From: Pseudobdellovibrionaceae bacterium
GTDB lineage: Bacteria > Bdellovibrionota > Bdellovibrionia > Bdellovibrionales > UBA1609
Length of the DNA stretch: 64,000 nucleotides
Direction of reading: 5' to 3'
Assembly (NCBI GenBank): GCA_043757545.1
Contig: JAYVPG010000069.1
Span: 9,427-73,426, forward strand
A model generated the notes under the pieces. It did not search any database. It was not told where the DNA came from and was given only the letters and a program-made list of their open reading frames with translations. Both the position numbers and the translations under genes were made by a program. Below, in pieces: positions 56,237 through 64,000 of the stretch. How positions within the stretch are numbered: position 1 is the first letter of the stretch; each line of letters begins with the position of its first letter.

Positions 56237-56947
56237 ATGTCCGAATTTGCGCCAAATCGAAAACTCATGCCATTTCTGGCCAAAGTCATCACTGGGTTTG
56301 GCGAGCTCTACAACAGCTATAAAGTGCAGGGACTCGAGAATATTCCCAAAGAGGGCGGGGCACTTTTGGTTCTTTATCACGGCCTAGTGCCATTGGACTT
56401 TTGGTATCTTGGACTAAAGATTTATCTTGAGACCGGGCGCGAACCTTGTGCCTTGGCCGATCGTTGGGTGATGAACACCCCCGGACTTTCGTGGCTCGCG
56501 AAATCGGTCGGCGTTGTCGAAGCCGATCCAAAGCTCGCGCTGAAACTTCTTAAAAAGGGCGTCTTAGTGGGCGTCTCGCCGGGCGGTGTGCGTGAGGCCA
56601 TTTCGGGCGCTGACAACAACTACAAATTGTTGTGGGGCGAGCGCAAAGGCTTCGCAAAAATCGCTCTTGAAGCGGGAGTTCCCATCATTCCCGGATTTAC
56701 TGAAAATGTAGAGGGACTCTATAAAGCTCCACTTGCCGGCCACCCGTTTTTTCAAAACCTATACAATAAAACGCGGCTCCCTCTCGTCCCGATTGTGGGC
56801 CTTGGCCCGCTCCCCTTTCCCGTCGCACTGACTACCTGGCTGGGACCGCCTCTGAAGCCTAAAAAGGATGACACTGCCGATACTCTTGCGCAGCGAACCC
56901 GGGAAGCCATTCAATCTCTGATCGCTCAACACCAAAAAAATAAGTAG
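56237..56947 (+). CDS. Acyltransferase (lysophospholipid/DAGAT-like family)
   Basis: ENIPKEGGALLVLYHGLVPLD (HxnD-type block) and SPGGVREA block. 236 aa. Confidence 0.6.
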   Translation: MSEFAPNRKLMPFLAKVITGFGELYNSYKVQGLENIPKEGGALLVLYHGLVPLDFWYLGLKIYLETGREPCALADRWVMNTPGLSWLAKSVGVVEADPKLALKLLKKGVLVGVSPGGVREAISGADNNYKLLWGERKGFAKIALEAGVPIIPGFTENVEGLYKAPLAGHPFFQNLYNKTRLPLVPIVGLGPLPFPVALTTWLGPPLKPKKDDTADTLAQRTREAIQSLIAQHQKNK

Positions 56948-57026
56948 GTTTTCCATAGCTCTGCAAAGGCCTTGACCGAAAGTTTACGGGCGTGGGACCA
57001 ATCGTGGCTCGGGAGGAGGGGGATTT

Positions 57027-57368
57027 ATGCGCAGTTTAATATCATTGATTCTATTGGCGATGCTTTTCTCGCTTTCCGCGCGGGCGGTTCCTCCCATCTT
57101 GAGCACTGAGGAGTGTGGCCTTTACCAAGCTGAGGATTTTGGCGACACCATTGTTTACTCACTGATCGACACACTCTCGATCCCACAGCGAACTGTCACT
57201 TTTACGATTAGCAATCCGAAATCTGAAACCGTTGCGCAAATGCTGAATTTACGCTGCTACTGTGTCGTAGGCTCGGTCCGATCCGATCCGGAATTTCGCG
57301 ATTCTCTATTCAAATTGATCCGCATCGACCGAGTCTCATCGGGGCCTTATATGGGCTGTAATCCCTAG
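57027..57368 (+). CDS. Small secreted hypothetical protein
   Basis: 113 aa. Signal peptide MRSLISLILLAMLFSLSARA. 4 Cys. No domain recognised. Confidence 0.45.
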   Translation: MRSLISLILLAMLFSLSARAVPPILSTEECGLYQAEDFGDTIVYSLIDTLSIPQRTVTFTISNPKSETVAQMLNLRCYCVVGSVRSDPEFRDSLFKLIRIDRVSSGPYMGCNP

Positions 57369-57427
57369 CCGAGTGACATAATTTGTCACTTTGTCGAGCC
57401 CTAAGACAAGCAACGGGCTGCTGAGCC

Positions 57428-57443
57428 CGGCACGTACATTGCC
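57428..57443 (+). promoter_or_regulatory. Candidate sigma-54 (-24/-12) promoter upstream of the Glt-like cluster
   Basis: cGGCACGtacaTTGCc matches the RpoN consensus TGGCACG-N4-TTGC(A/T) with GG-N10-GC spacing. It ends 25 nt upstream of ATG 57468. Confidence 0.4.
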
Positions 57444-57467
57444 TGTAAACACCTTTTCGTGGGGTGT

Positions 57468-60452
57468 ATGATGAACGTTTTCCGTTCTGCAATATTTACT
57501 TTTCTTATATTGTCGCAAGCTGCGTCTGCCGTGAAAATGGATGAGACGACGCATGACATGGTTATTCAACGCCTTGAGTATGGCTTGGATGGCATGGAGA
57601 AAAGCTTTCCCGAACGCACGGGAATTTTACTTCGCCTAGCCGATCTCTATGCCGATCGCGCACGTTTAAAAGCAATGAATGAAGCCGAGAGTAACTGCAA
57701 GGACTGCAAAGGCGCCCTCAACGATCGCAAAAAGGCAATTGCCAGCTACCAAGAGGCTATGCCGAAAGCGGAAAAAGAAGACCGTGGTCGTCTGAGCCTT
57801 CAAATTGCACACTTGTATGCGTTAAACGACGAAACTAAAAAATCGAATGAATTATATATCTCTATTCTTAAAGCCAAAAAGAATAGCTACCCCTCAGACG
57901 TCCGAGCGATTGCCTTTGCGAGCGTCGCAGAGCAGAAGTTTCGCAATGGTGATTTCAAAGGTGCATTGAAAGACTTTGAATCCGCACGCAAAGAGAACGT
58001 TAAGAATCGCGCTTTAGTGGAATTCCGCATTGCTTGGTGCCAGTTGAATTTGGGGCAAAATGAAAAAGCCACGAAAACTCTAGTCCACTTGTTAAAGACT
58101 CCTGAGCTTCTTGCTACACAGACCACCGACGGCAAAACTGTGGACGCTGGCTTCGTGACTGATATTTCCCATGACCTGGCGATTTTCTTGGCCCGCTCGA
58201 ACGTCGGCCCAAAAGAAATCGACCTGCTCAAACAACTGAGCCCGCAAGCGAATCGCAAAGAAAACCTGCATATGTTGGCGACTGAAACCGATCGTCAGGG
58301 CAAAAAAGCCAGCTCGCTCATCGTATGGGCGGCCTATGTCGACGAAGGCGACGTGCAGCCGGGCGAGAAATTAGAAGTCCAAACTCGTGTGGCGCAAATT
58401 TATTATGACATGAATCGACAGGAACTCGCCGCCAATGCCTATGAGAAGGCTTTGGATTTATGGACGAAGCTCGGCTGCAAAGACGCTACCCTCTGCGATG
58501 ATCTGAAAGCTCGTTTGCGCAAATTTGTGACCGCATGGAACAAGTCGCAGAAAATCAATCCGACTGAAAATCTGCTGCGCATCTATATCAGCTACACTCG
58601 CGTTTTCCCGACCGACACGGAAATGTTGCATTGGGGTGGAATCGTCGCGCGTGACCGCAAGAATACCAAACAGGCCATCGCCCTCTTTCACCAAGCCGCC
58701 ACTCAGTCCTATCAAGAGCTGCAAAAGAATCCCTCCAACAAGACCATGCAAAATATCTTTGAGGGTTCATTGTTAGCTGAAATCGAAATGGCAGAGACTT
58801 CTAAAGACACGAAGGCGCAGGAAGCCGCTTATAACTTCTATTTGCAGCTCAATCCGAACGGCGGCAAATCTTTTGAGATTCGCTATCAACGCGCGCACCT
58901 TTACTATAGTAGCAATCGTTTCCAAGAGTCGTTCTCGGAATTTCACTATCTTGCATCGATGCCCTCTAAGGAACATAGAGATCTAAGCATTAAGTCTGCA
59001 GATCTCTCACTTGATAGTTTGGTCGCACTGAAAGATGATAAAAACTTGCAAGTGCGTAGTCTCGAGTATGCACGCTTCTTCCCTGAACGAAAAACTGAAT
59101 ATTTAAAGATTTCACGTAAAGCCACAATGAATATTGTGGCTGCGGATCTGGCAAAAGCTGGGAATGCCGATCGTACCGACTACCACGCAAGCCTTGTGGC
59201 CCTGAACGCTGTCAATATGGACGGCGCCGATGACGTTGAAAGAATCAAATTCTATAAAAACAAGATCGTGATCGCAGAAAAAGCCTTGGACGTTGGCGCA
59301 GTTAAAGACTCTTCTGCAAGTCTACTGGGGATTAAGAAACTTTCCGCTGAAGACAAAGAGTGGACCATGACTCAGCAAGTATGGGCCGCCCAACTTGAGT
59401 TGAACTTTGCCCTCGCCTATCGCCTGAGCAAACAAATGAAACTGGCAGAGCTCTCAAAGGCCGATCGTGAACTGCGTCTTGCACTATTGCTGGAGCTCTC
59501 AGGACAAAATCCTCGCGTGCACAACGAAAACTATTTAAAACTTGCCGGCAACACTCGCTCGGCGAATCTTGTACGCGTAACGATGATTAAAAATTCGTCG
59601 GCGCAATGGAAAGAGCTCGATAAGCAGCTTCCGCACCTAAGACAAACTCCGGATCTCTTGGCCGGATTGACTCTCGAGGTCTTTGCCGCCCATCAAGACT
59701 ATAAAAAAGCGGAGCATATGTTGAAAACGACGAACATCAGTCGGTATGCTGCTGGACAGACCTTGCAACGCCACTTGGACTTGAAAGAGTTCTCGGCATT
59801 TGATCGCAAAATTCGCGCTCACAGGATTTATGGATTCAGTGACCATGCGATGCAAAAGACTCTGAAAGAGCGCATGAAGCTTTTAAATCAAAGCGAGAAG
59901 TACGCACAGAGCGCATTCAAACGTCACGACTGGACTCTGCAGACCTTGGCACTCACTAGCCTGGCCCGTGAGAACCGTCGTCTGTATCACGATATTCAAT
60001 CTCTCCCCGTTCCCAGTCGCCTCAGCGCCATTGAAAAGCAGAAGTATCAGCAGCTGTTGAAAAATCAAAGTCTCCCGTACCTAACTCGTGCTGAGAAGAT
60101 CGAACGTGAAGTCAGCGATAGCTGGAGCGAATCCAATTCCGTACAAAATCTGCAGGCTGCCTACATGACTGCGACTCCTGAACTGCAACGTTTGTATCGC
60201 GATGAAATCATCCCGCTTGCTGTAAATGCGCCTTCAGGTGCCAAAAATCGGCTCGACGGCTTACTCAACACTCCCTATCGTCGTCCGTCACAAAAGGACA
60301 TTTTACTGGCGCGCCAAGAGCTGCAAAGTCACCCGTTTGACATTTCGAAAGCCGAACGCTTACGCGAACTTGAGAGCCACGGCGGACGCCCGGCGATGGT
60401 TGTTTATCTGGATGAACGAATCTCGCAATTGAAAAAAGGAAAGTCTTTATGA
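57468..60452 (+). CDS. Large secreted TPR/helical-repeat protein (GltD/AgmU-like position in a Glt-type cluster)
   Basis: About 995 aa. Signal peptide MMNVFRSAIFTFLILSQAASA. Helical-repeat composition throughout. ATGA overlap with the next gene. Confidence 0.6.
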   Translation: MMNVFRSAIFTFLILSQAASAVKMDETTHDMVIQRLEYGLDGMEKSFPERTGILLRLADLYADRARLKAMNEAESNCKDCKGALNDRKKAIASYQEAMPKAEKEDRGRLSLQIAHLYALNDETKKSNELYISILKAKKNSYPSDVRAIAFASVAEQKFRNGDFKGALKDFESARKENVKNRALVEFRIAWCQLNLGQNEKATKTLVHLLKTPELLATQTTDGKTVDAGFVTDISHDLAIFLARSNVGPKEIDLLKQLSPQANRKENLHMLATETDRQGKKASSLIVWAAYVDEGDVQPGEKLEVQTRVAQIYYDMNRQELAANAYEKALDLWTKLGCKDATLCDDLKARLRKFVTAWNKSQKINPTENLLRIYISYTRVFPTDTEMLHWGGIVARDRKNTKQAIALFHQAATQSYQELQKNPSNKTMQNIFEGSLLAEIEMAETSKDTKAQEAAYNFYLQLNPNGGKSFEIRYQRAHLYYSSNRFQESFSEFHYLASMPSKEHRDLSIKSADLSLDSLVALKDDKNLQVRSLEYARFFPERKTEYLKISRKATMNIVAADLAKAGNADRTDYHASLVALNAVNMDGADDVERIKFYKNKIVIAEKALDVGAVKDSSASLLGIKKLSAEDKEWTMTQQVWAAQLELNFALAYRLSKQMKLAELSKADRELRLALLLELSGQNPRVHNENYLKLAGNTRSANLVRVTMIKNSSAQWKELDKQLPHLRQTPDLLAGLTLEVFAAHQDYKKAEHMLKTTNISRYAAGQTLQRHLDLKEFSAFDRKIRAHRIYGFSDHAMQKTLKERMKLLNQSEKYAQSAFKRHDWTLQTLALTSLARENRRLYHDIQSLPVPSRLSAIEKQKYQQLLKNQSLPYLTRAEKIEREVSDSWSESNSVQNLQAAYMTATPELQRLYRDEIIPLAVNAPSGAKNRLDGLLNTPYRRPSQKDILLARQELQSHPFDISKAERLRELESHGGRPAMVVYLDERISQLKKGKSL

Positions 60453-60760
60453 GAGCGATTCTATTGTTTCTAACGTTTGGATTGGTAGTTGCAAGTTCTT
60501 CCCAAGTTGCACTAGCTGCGACCACAAAAGCGAAGAGCAAGAAGGCTCAAGCGCATAAGGTTGCAAAGAAAGTAGCGCCAAGGAAGGAATCAGCAGAGCT
60601 TTCGACCGACGTCAAGTTCGGTGACCTCGCTCTGCACGGTCAATATCAGACTCCTGATGAAGCCTTGGCAAAAGTAGAAAATGAAAAAGGGTTGAGCGAT
60701 TTACTTGGGGTTCGCAAGCACTTTAAAGACCGCCTGGCAACAGCAGCCGAGCAAGAGTGA
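60449..60760 (+). CDS. Small secreted Lys-rich protein (GltF-like position)
   Basis: 103 aa. Signal peptide MRAILLFLTFGLVVASSSQVALA. It is translationally coupled (ATGA) to the upstream TPR gene. Confidence 0.5.
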   Translation: MRAILLFLTFGLVVASSSQVALAATTKAKSKKAQAHKVAKKVAPRKESAELSTDVKFGDLALHGQYQTPDEALAKVENEKGLSDLLGVRKHFKDRLATAAEQE

Positions 60761-60764
60761 GGGT

Positions 60765-62006
60765 ATGAATATGGGTTTGGGGAAATTCGTTCTAGAAAAT
60801 CGTAAAGGCGAAGTGGTACGAACATTTTCGTTCGGTTCCGACACTCTTTTTCTTGTCTATCGTCATGACACTCGTCGCGTCGAAGTGGTCACTACCTTAA
60901 ATGAACTCGAAGATCAGGAAATTTCCTATGACTTACTTAAAAAAACCTCAGCGTCAGCCGTTAAGAAACATGCTGTTAGCTTTAACAATGGTGCAAACCT
61001 CCGCTACCTCGGTACGGTTGAAAAAATCACGAAGAGCGTCAACATTGCCGACGACTCCCAGGAGCAAGAGAACGCTATCTATAAGTACACGGCCTACACT
61101 CAGATCGGCGCCATCGTTCTTATCTTTATCATTGGTCTTCTGATCGAACCCTTACTTTATCCTAAAAGAGAAGAAGCCGTCGTTACAGTGATCCCGCAAG
61201 AATTCGTACAGAAAAAAGAAGAGGTCACAGTTAAAGCTGCCGAACACAAAATCGATCCGGTTAAAAAAATCGCGAAGAAAAAAGTCGAAAGCCATGTCAA
61301 AGAAGTCGTTAAGACGCTGACCGCGAAAGTGAAGAGCCCGCGTAAAGAGAACGCTCCGCTTAGAACCAAAGTTCAAGTTGAAAACGTGGGTGCGCTTGGC
61401 GTTCTAGGTGGAATGAAAAACGGATCACGAAATTCCTCTGGTTTTAATATGAATGCGAAGAACGATTCACGTGGCACGAGCTGGAATGGTGCTGGCGCCG
61501 GCGGCGTCGGCGGCATGGAGCGCGCAATTCCTGGAAAAGGACTTGTGGCAGCGACTATGGGCCAAGGCGCGCAAATCGAAGGCGGCGGAGGCTACGGCAC
61601 TCGCGGTAAAGCGGGCGGCGGTCGCCCCGGTTACGGATCAATGAACATGGGTGGAACAGCAGCATCGTATTTCGAACCCGTTCAAGAAGAAGCGTTAGTT
61701 GAAGGCGGACTCGATCGCGATCAAATCGCGGCAGTGATCGCGCGTCATCAAGGTGAAGTGATTTATTGCTACGAAAAGGGATTGCAAGTTCAGCCGGGCT
61801 TAAGTGGACGCGTTGGCATTCGCTGGGTCATCAATGGCGCGGGTAATGTGAGCACCGCAGCCGTCGAGTCCTCTTCATTGAAGAGCGCACAAGTCGAAGG
61901 TTGCATCGTCAACCACTTGCGCAGCTGGAAATTCCCAAAACCGGTTGGTGGCGTAAACGTTAAAGTTTCATTTCCCTTTGTTTTAAAGAGATTGAACCAT
62001 GGATAA
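60765..62006 (+). CDS. Bitopic protein with AgmX/PglI-type TonB-like C-terminal domain (GltG/GltJ-like)
   Basis: Trimmed to ATG 60765. Cytoplasmic N-domain, TM helix IGAIVLIFIIGLLIEPLLY, a Lys-rich linker and then a Gly-rich linker. The C-terminal GGLDRDQIAAVIARHQGEVIYCYEKGLQVQPGLSGRVGIRWVINGAGNVS...VEGCIVNHLRSWKFPKPVGGVNVKVSFPFVL matches the AgmX/PglI C-terminal pattern I recall. Confidence 0.65.
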   Translation: MNMGLGKFVLENRKGEVVRTFSFGSDTLFLVYRHDTRRVEVVTTLNELEDQEISYDLLKKTSASAVKKHAVSFNNGANLRYLGTVEKITKSVNIADDSQEQENAIYKYTAYTQIGAIVLIFIIGLLIEPLLYPKREEAVVTVIPQEFVQKKEEVTVKAAEHKIDPVKKIAKKKVESHVKEVVKTLTAKVKSPRKENAPLRTKVQVENVGALGVLGGMKNGSRNSSGFNMNAKNDSRGTSWNGAGAGGVGGMERAIPGKGLVAATMGQGAQIEGGGGYGTRGKAGGGRPGYGSMNMGGTAASYFEPVQEEALVEGGLDRDQIAAVIARHQGEVIYCYEKGLQVQPGLSGRVGIRWVINGAGNVSTAAVESSSLKSAQVEGCIVNHLRSWKFPKPVGGVNVKVSFPFVLKRLNHG

Positions 62007-62016
62007 GGAGCAAGTC

Positions 62017-62595
62017 ATGAAGCCTTCAGTTTATATTTTCGCTGCGGCATTCGCCCTAGTGATTATGGGTTGTCAGGGACAAGATCCCACAAAACGACAA
62101 AGCGACCCGGTTGCAGACTATCCAAACCTTTATAAAAAGGAAAACACGCAACCCTATGGCGACGGAACTCACAAAGAGATCCCGCCTGGTCCCGTTCCCG
62201 ACAATTCACAAGAATATTGCGCGCAACCGATGCAAGTTAAAGTTGAAAAGGCAATGGGCAACACTCTTTTAGTTTTCACGGAAGGTGTGCAAGCCACATA
62301 CAATATTTCGGTTCGCAGCATGCTCCCCGGTAAGTTTGCAGTTCGCGCAAAAGGCTTTGATCAAGGTCCTCAATTGAAACTGATCAAAACCGTCGGTAAC
62401 ACCGCGACGTACACCTTGAGCTGGACACCGGTTATCTTAAAGAACGACGACTACACGTTTAAAGCTGTGACCTTACAGTACGCCAACGATCTCGGCGAAA
62501 AATGTGGCACAGGAACTTCTGTTGTTTTGAATCTTTTTATCAATAAATCCAAAGATGCGGCAGCTCAAGACACTGCGCAGGGGACGACTCCATGA
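62017..62595 (+). CDS. Hypothetical lipoprotein within Glt-like cluster
   Basis: AAGGAG RBS at 62005-62010. Lipobox ALVIMGC. The body is beta-rich. Confidence 0.55.
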   Translation: MKPSVYIFAAAFALVIMGCQGQDPTKRQSDPVADYPNLYKKENTQPYGDGTHKEIPPGPVPDNSQEYCAQPMQVKVEKAMGNTLLVFTEGVQATYNISVRSMLPGKFAVRAKGFDQGPQLKLIKTVGNTATYTLSWTPVILKNDDYTFKAVTLQYANDLGEKCGTGTSVVLNLFINKSKDAAAQDTAQGTTP

Positions 62596-63308
62596 AACAC
62601 TTAAGTTTAATTCTTATCGCGCTCTTCACGATGAGTACTTGGGCGGCGGACCTGACTCAAGAGATGGACGCACTAGGTGCCAACAAAGATTTGATGAGCA
62701 AGGCAAAAGCAATCGATCCGCACAACCGCGTTCGCGTTGTGCAAAATCGCGAAGTCAGTCGCACCATGCGCCTGGAACTCGGTGTAAACTACGGAATGGC
62801 CAATGGCGGCGACCCGTATGTAAATAGCAATTTGCTCGGCGGCCAACTCGATTTCCATATCACGCCCCACTATTCCATCGGCGCACGTTATTATAACATC
62901 AGTAACTCGCTCAACGCCGAAGGCAAGAGTGTTACTGATGCCGCGGCCACGCAACAAAACAACGGAAACAATAACTATCGCATTCCCGGAATCGACTACG
63001 CGAAAGATTCTTGGCTCGTAGTTGGTAATTGGTATCCCATCTACGGAAAAATGAGTTTGCTCGACACAGCCGTTTCGCAATTTGACGTTTATCTTTTGGG
63101 TGGAGCAGGACAGATTCGCTTGGCCTCTGGAGCGGCTCCTCTCTACACCGCGGGTGGCGGAATTGGAATGTGGATGACTCAGCATTTTGCGACTCGCCTT
63201 GAGGCGCGTTGGCAGGGTTACAAAGAAAAGCCGTGGGACGGAACTTCTTATGTAGACCGCAATATCAACCAAACGATTTTGATGATGACGGTATCCGTTC
63301 TCCTTTAA
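62592..63308 (+). CDS. Small outer-membrane beta-barrel protein (GltH-like)
   Basis: ATGA overlap with the upstream gene. Signal peptide ...LFTMSTWA. Alternating beta-strand pattern (RLELGVNYGM, LDFHITPHYSIGARYYN, FDVYLLGGAGQ, ATRLEARWQGY). Confidence 0.6.
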   Translation: MKHLSLILIALFTMSTWAADLTQEMDALGANKDLMSKAKAIDPHNRVRVVQNREVSRTMRLELGVNYGMANGGDPYVNSNLLGGQLDFHITPHYSIGARYYNISNSLNAEGKSVTDAAATQQNNGNNNYRIPGIDYAKDSWLVVGNWYPIYGKMSLLDTAVSQFDVYLLGGAGQIRLASGAAPLYTAGGGIGMWMTQHFATRLEARWQGYKEKPWDGTSYVDRNINQTILMMTVSVLL

Positions 63309-63320
63309 GGGGTAAGACTT

Positions 63321-64000
63321 ATGTTGCGCAAACTTTCACTGTTGATTCTCATGACGATTTCACTGCACGCGGTGGCCGGAAATTTTGCTTTCCTACCTGC
63401 TAACACAGGCACGGAGAAGGAATTTCGCACGCTGATGGAAAGCGGCGACTATTCACACGCGATGATGGCGTGGGGCAATGCACATCGCGCGACTGCATTT
63501 GGACAATCGCATAGCGGTGTCGCGACTTGGTCCTATTTGCTTTTGCAAAACGGAATGCCTTTCACAGCACTTGAGACCCTGATCGGTCGCACGGATCCTG
63601 CAAAAATGGATTCTCAATTAGTTAAAATGTGGACGACCGAGTTAAAGAACTCAGCGTTGATCCAAAAAGGCTTCATCGCAACTAGCGGCGGATGGACGAA
63701 GATCGTAAATAACGAAGTCACTAGCGTGAAACTAAAGAGCAAAGCCGATATCGTTCGTGCGTTTGCACGTGCCAACGCGACTCCAAAAGATAATCCGAAC
63801 GCCAAAGCTCGCATTTTGTGGCAGATCGCCACTCAAGCTCCGCAATTTGGCGACACGGATTCAAGCTTAAAGGCGATCAAACTGATGCGTGAATCTGGGC
63901 AGAACGTGATTGCTGCAGACCAAATCATCATCAATCAAGCTCGCGTTCTTTACCAAAAGGGTGAAGTCGACGCCGCTTTGAACATTTACGCGCAGATTCC
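63321..64000 (+). CDS. 5' part of a secreted TPR-like protein continuing past the window end
   Basis: ATG 63321. The frame is open to the window edge, so it is not in the ORF track. Signal peptide MLRKLSLLILMTISLHAVAG. It ends ...ARVLYQKGEVDAALNIYAQI (TPR-like). Confidence 0.6.
   Translation, partial: MLRKLSLLILMTISLHAVAGNFAFLPANTGTEKEFRTLMESGDYSHAMMAWGNAHRATAFGQSHSGVATWSYLLLQNGMPFTALETLIGRTDPAKMDSQLVKMWTTELKNSALIQKGFIATSGGWTKIVNNEVTSVKLKSKADIVRAFARANATPKDNPNAKARILWQIATQAPQFGDTDSSLKAIKLMRESGQNVIAADQIIINQARVLYQKGEVDAALNIYAQI

Noticed and set aside
1-64000. I searched for CRISPR arrays, tRNA/rRNA genes, transposases or integrases, prophage modules, toxin-antitoxin pairs and known defence systems.
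   Set aside because: I found no direct-repeat arrays, no tRNA-like cloverleaf candidates in the few intergenic gaps, and no recombinase, reverse-transcriptase, nuclease-helicase or small paired-ORF signatures. The window reads as core chromosome.

Overview
This is a gene-dense 64-kb chromosomal region of a Gram-negative bacterium. I call about 58 CDS, many joined by 1-4 nt or ATGA overlaps. I found no rRNA, tRNA, CRISPR array, transposase, integrase or prophage genes.

Most of the window is housekeeping:
- Cell shape and envelope: the mreC-mreD-mrdA-rodA elongasome operon, kdsA, an LptF/G permease, lpxC, and a TamB-like gene followed directly by a large BamA-type Omp85.
- DNA and translation: ruvCAB, efp, dprA, and a two-ORF comEC.
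- Proteostasis and metabolism: trxA, lon, gpmA, fadD, pepA, ald, apaG, and PpiD-like and FKBP-type isomerases.

The gene content suggests a Bdellovibrio-like or deltaproteobacteria-like lineage. The supporting features are many secreted proteases, a Glt-type gliding-envelope cluster, an Omp85 with a very long POTRA region, and DUF4388 and PilZ signalling proteins. This lineage call is inference only.

I see no recognisable defence island or mobile element. The least-explained items are:
1. An S8 subtilase with a sorting-signal-like segment and TM helix followed by a cytoplasmic PilZ-like tail (199-680).
2. A translationally coupled pair of paralogous secreted proteins, each with about 20 Cys and a Gly/Ser/Ala-rich region (34458-37297).
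3. A 145-bp hairpin element with 48-bp arms in a divergent promoter region (50076-50220).
4. A naturally split, N-terminally reduced ComEC.
5. A Glt-like envelope gene cluster with a candidate sigma-54 promoter (57.0-64.0 kb, running off the window).

All functional calls rest on motifs read by eye. No database search was possible.
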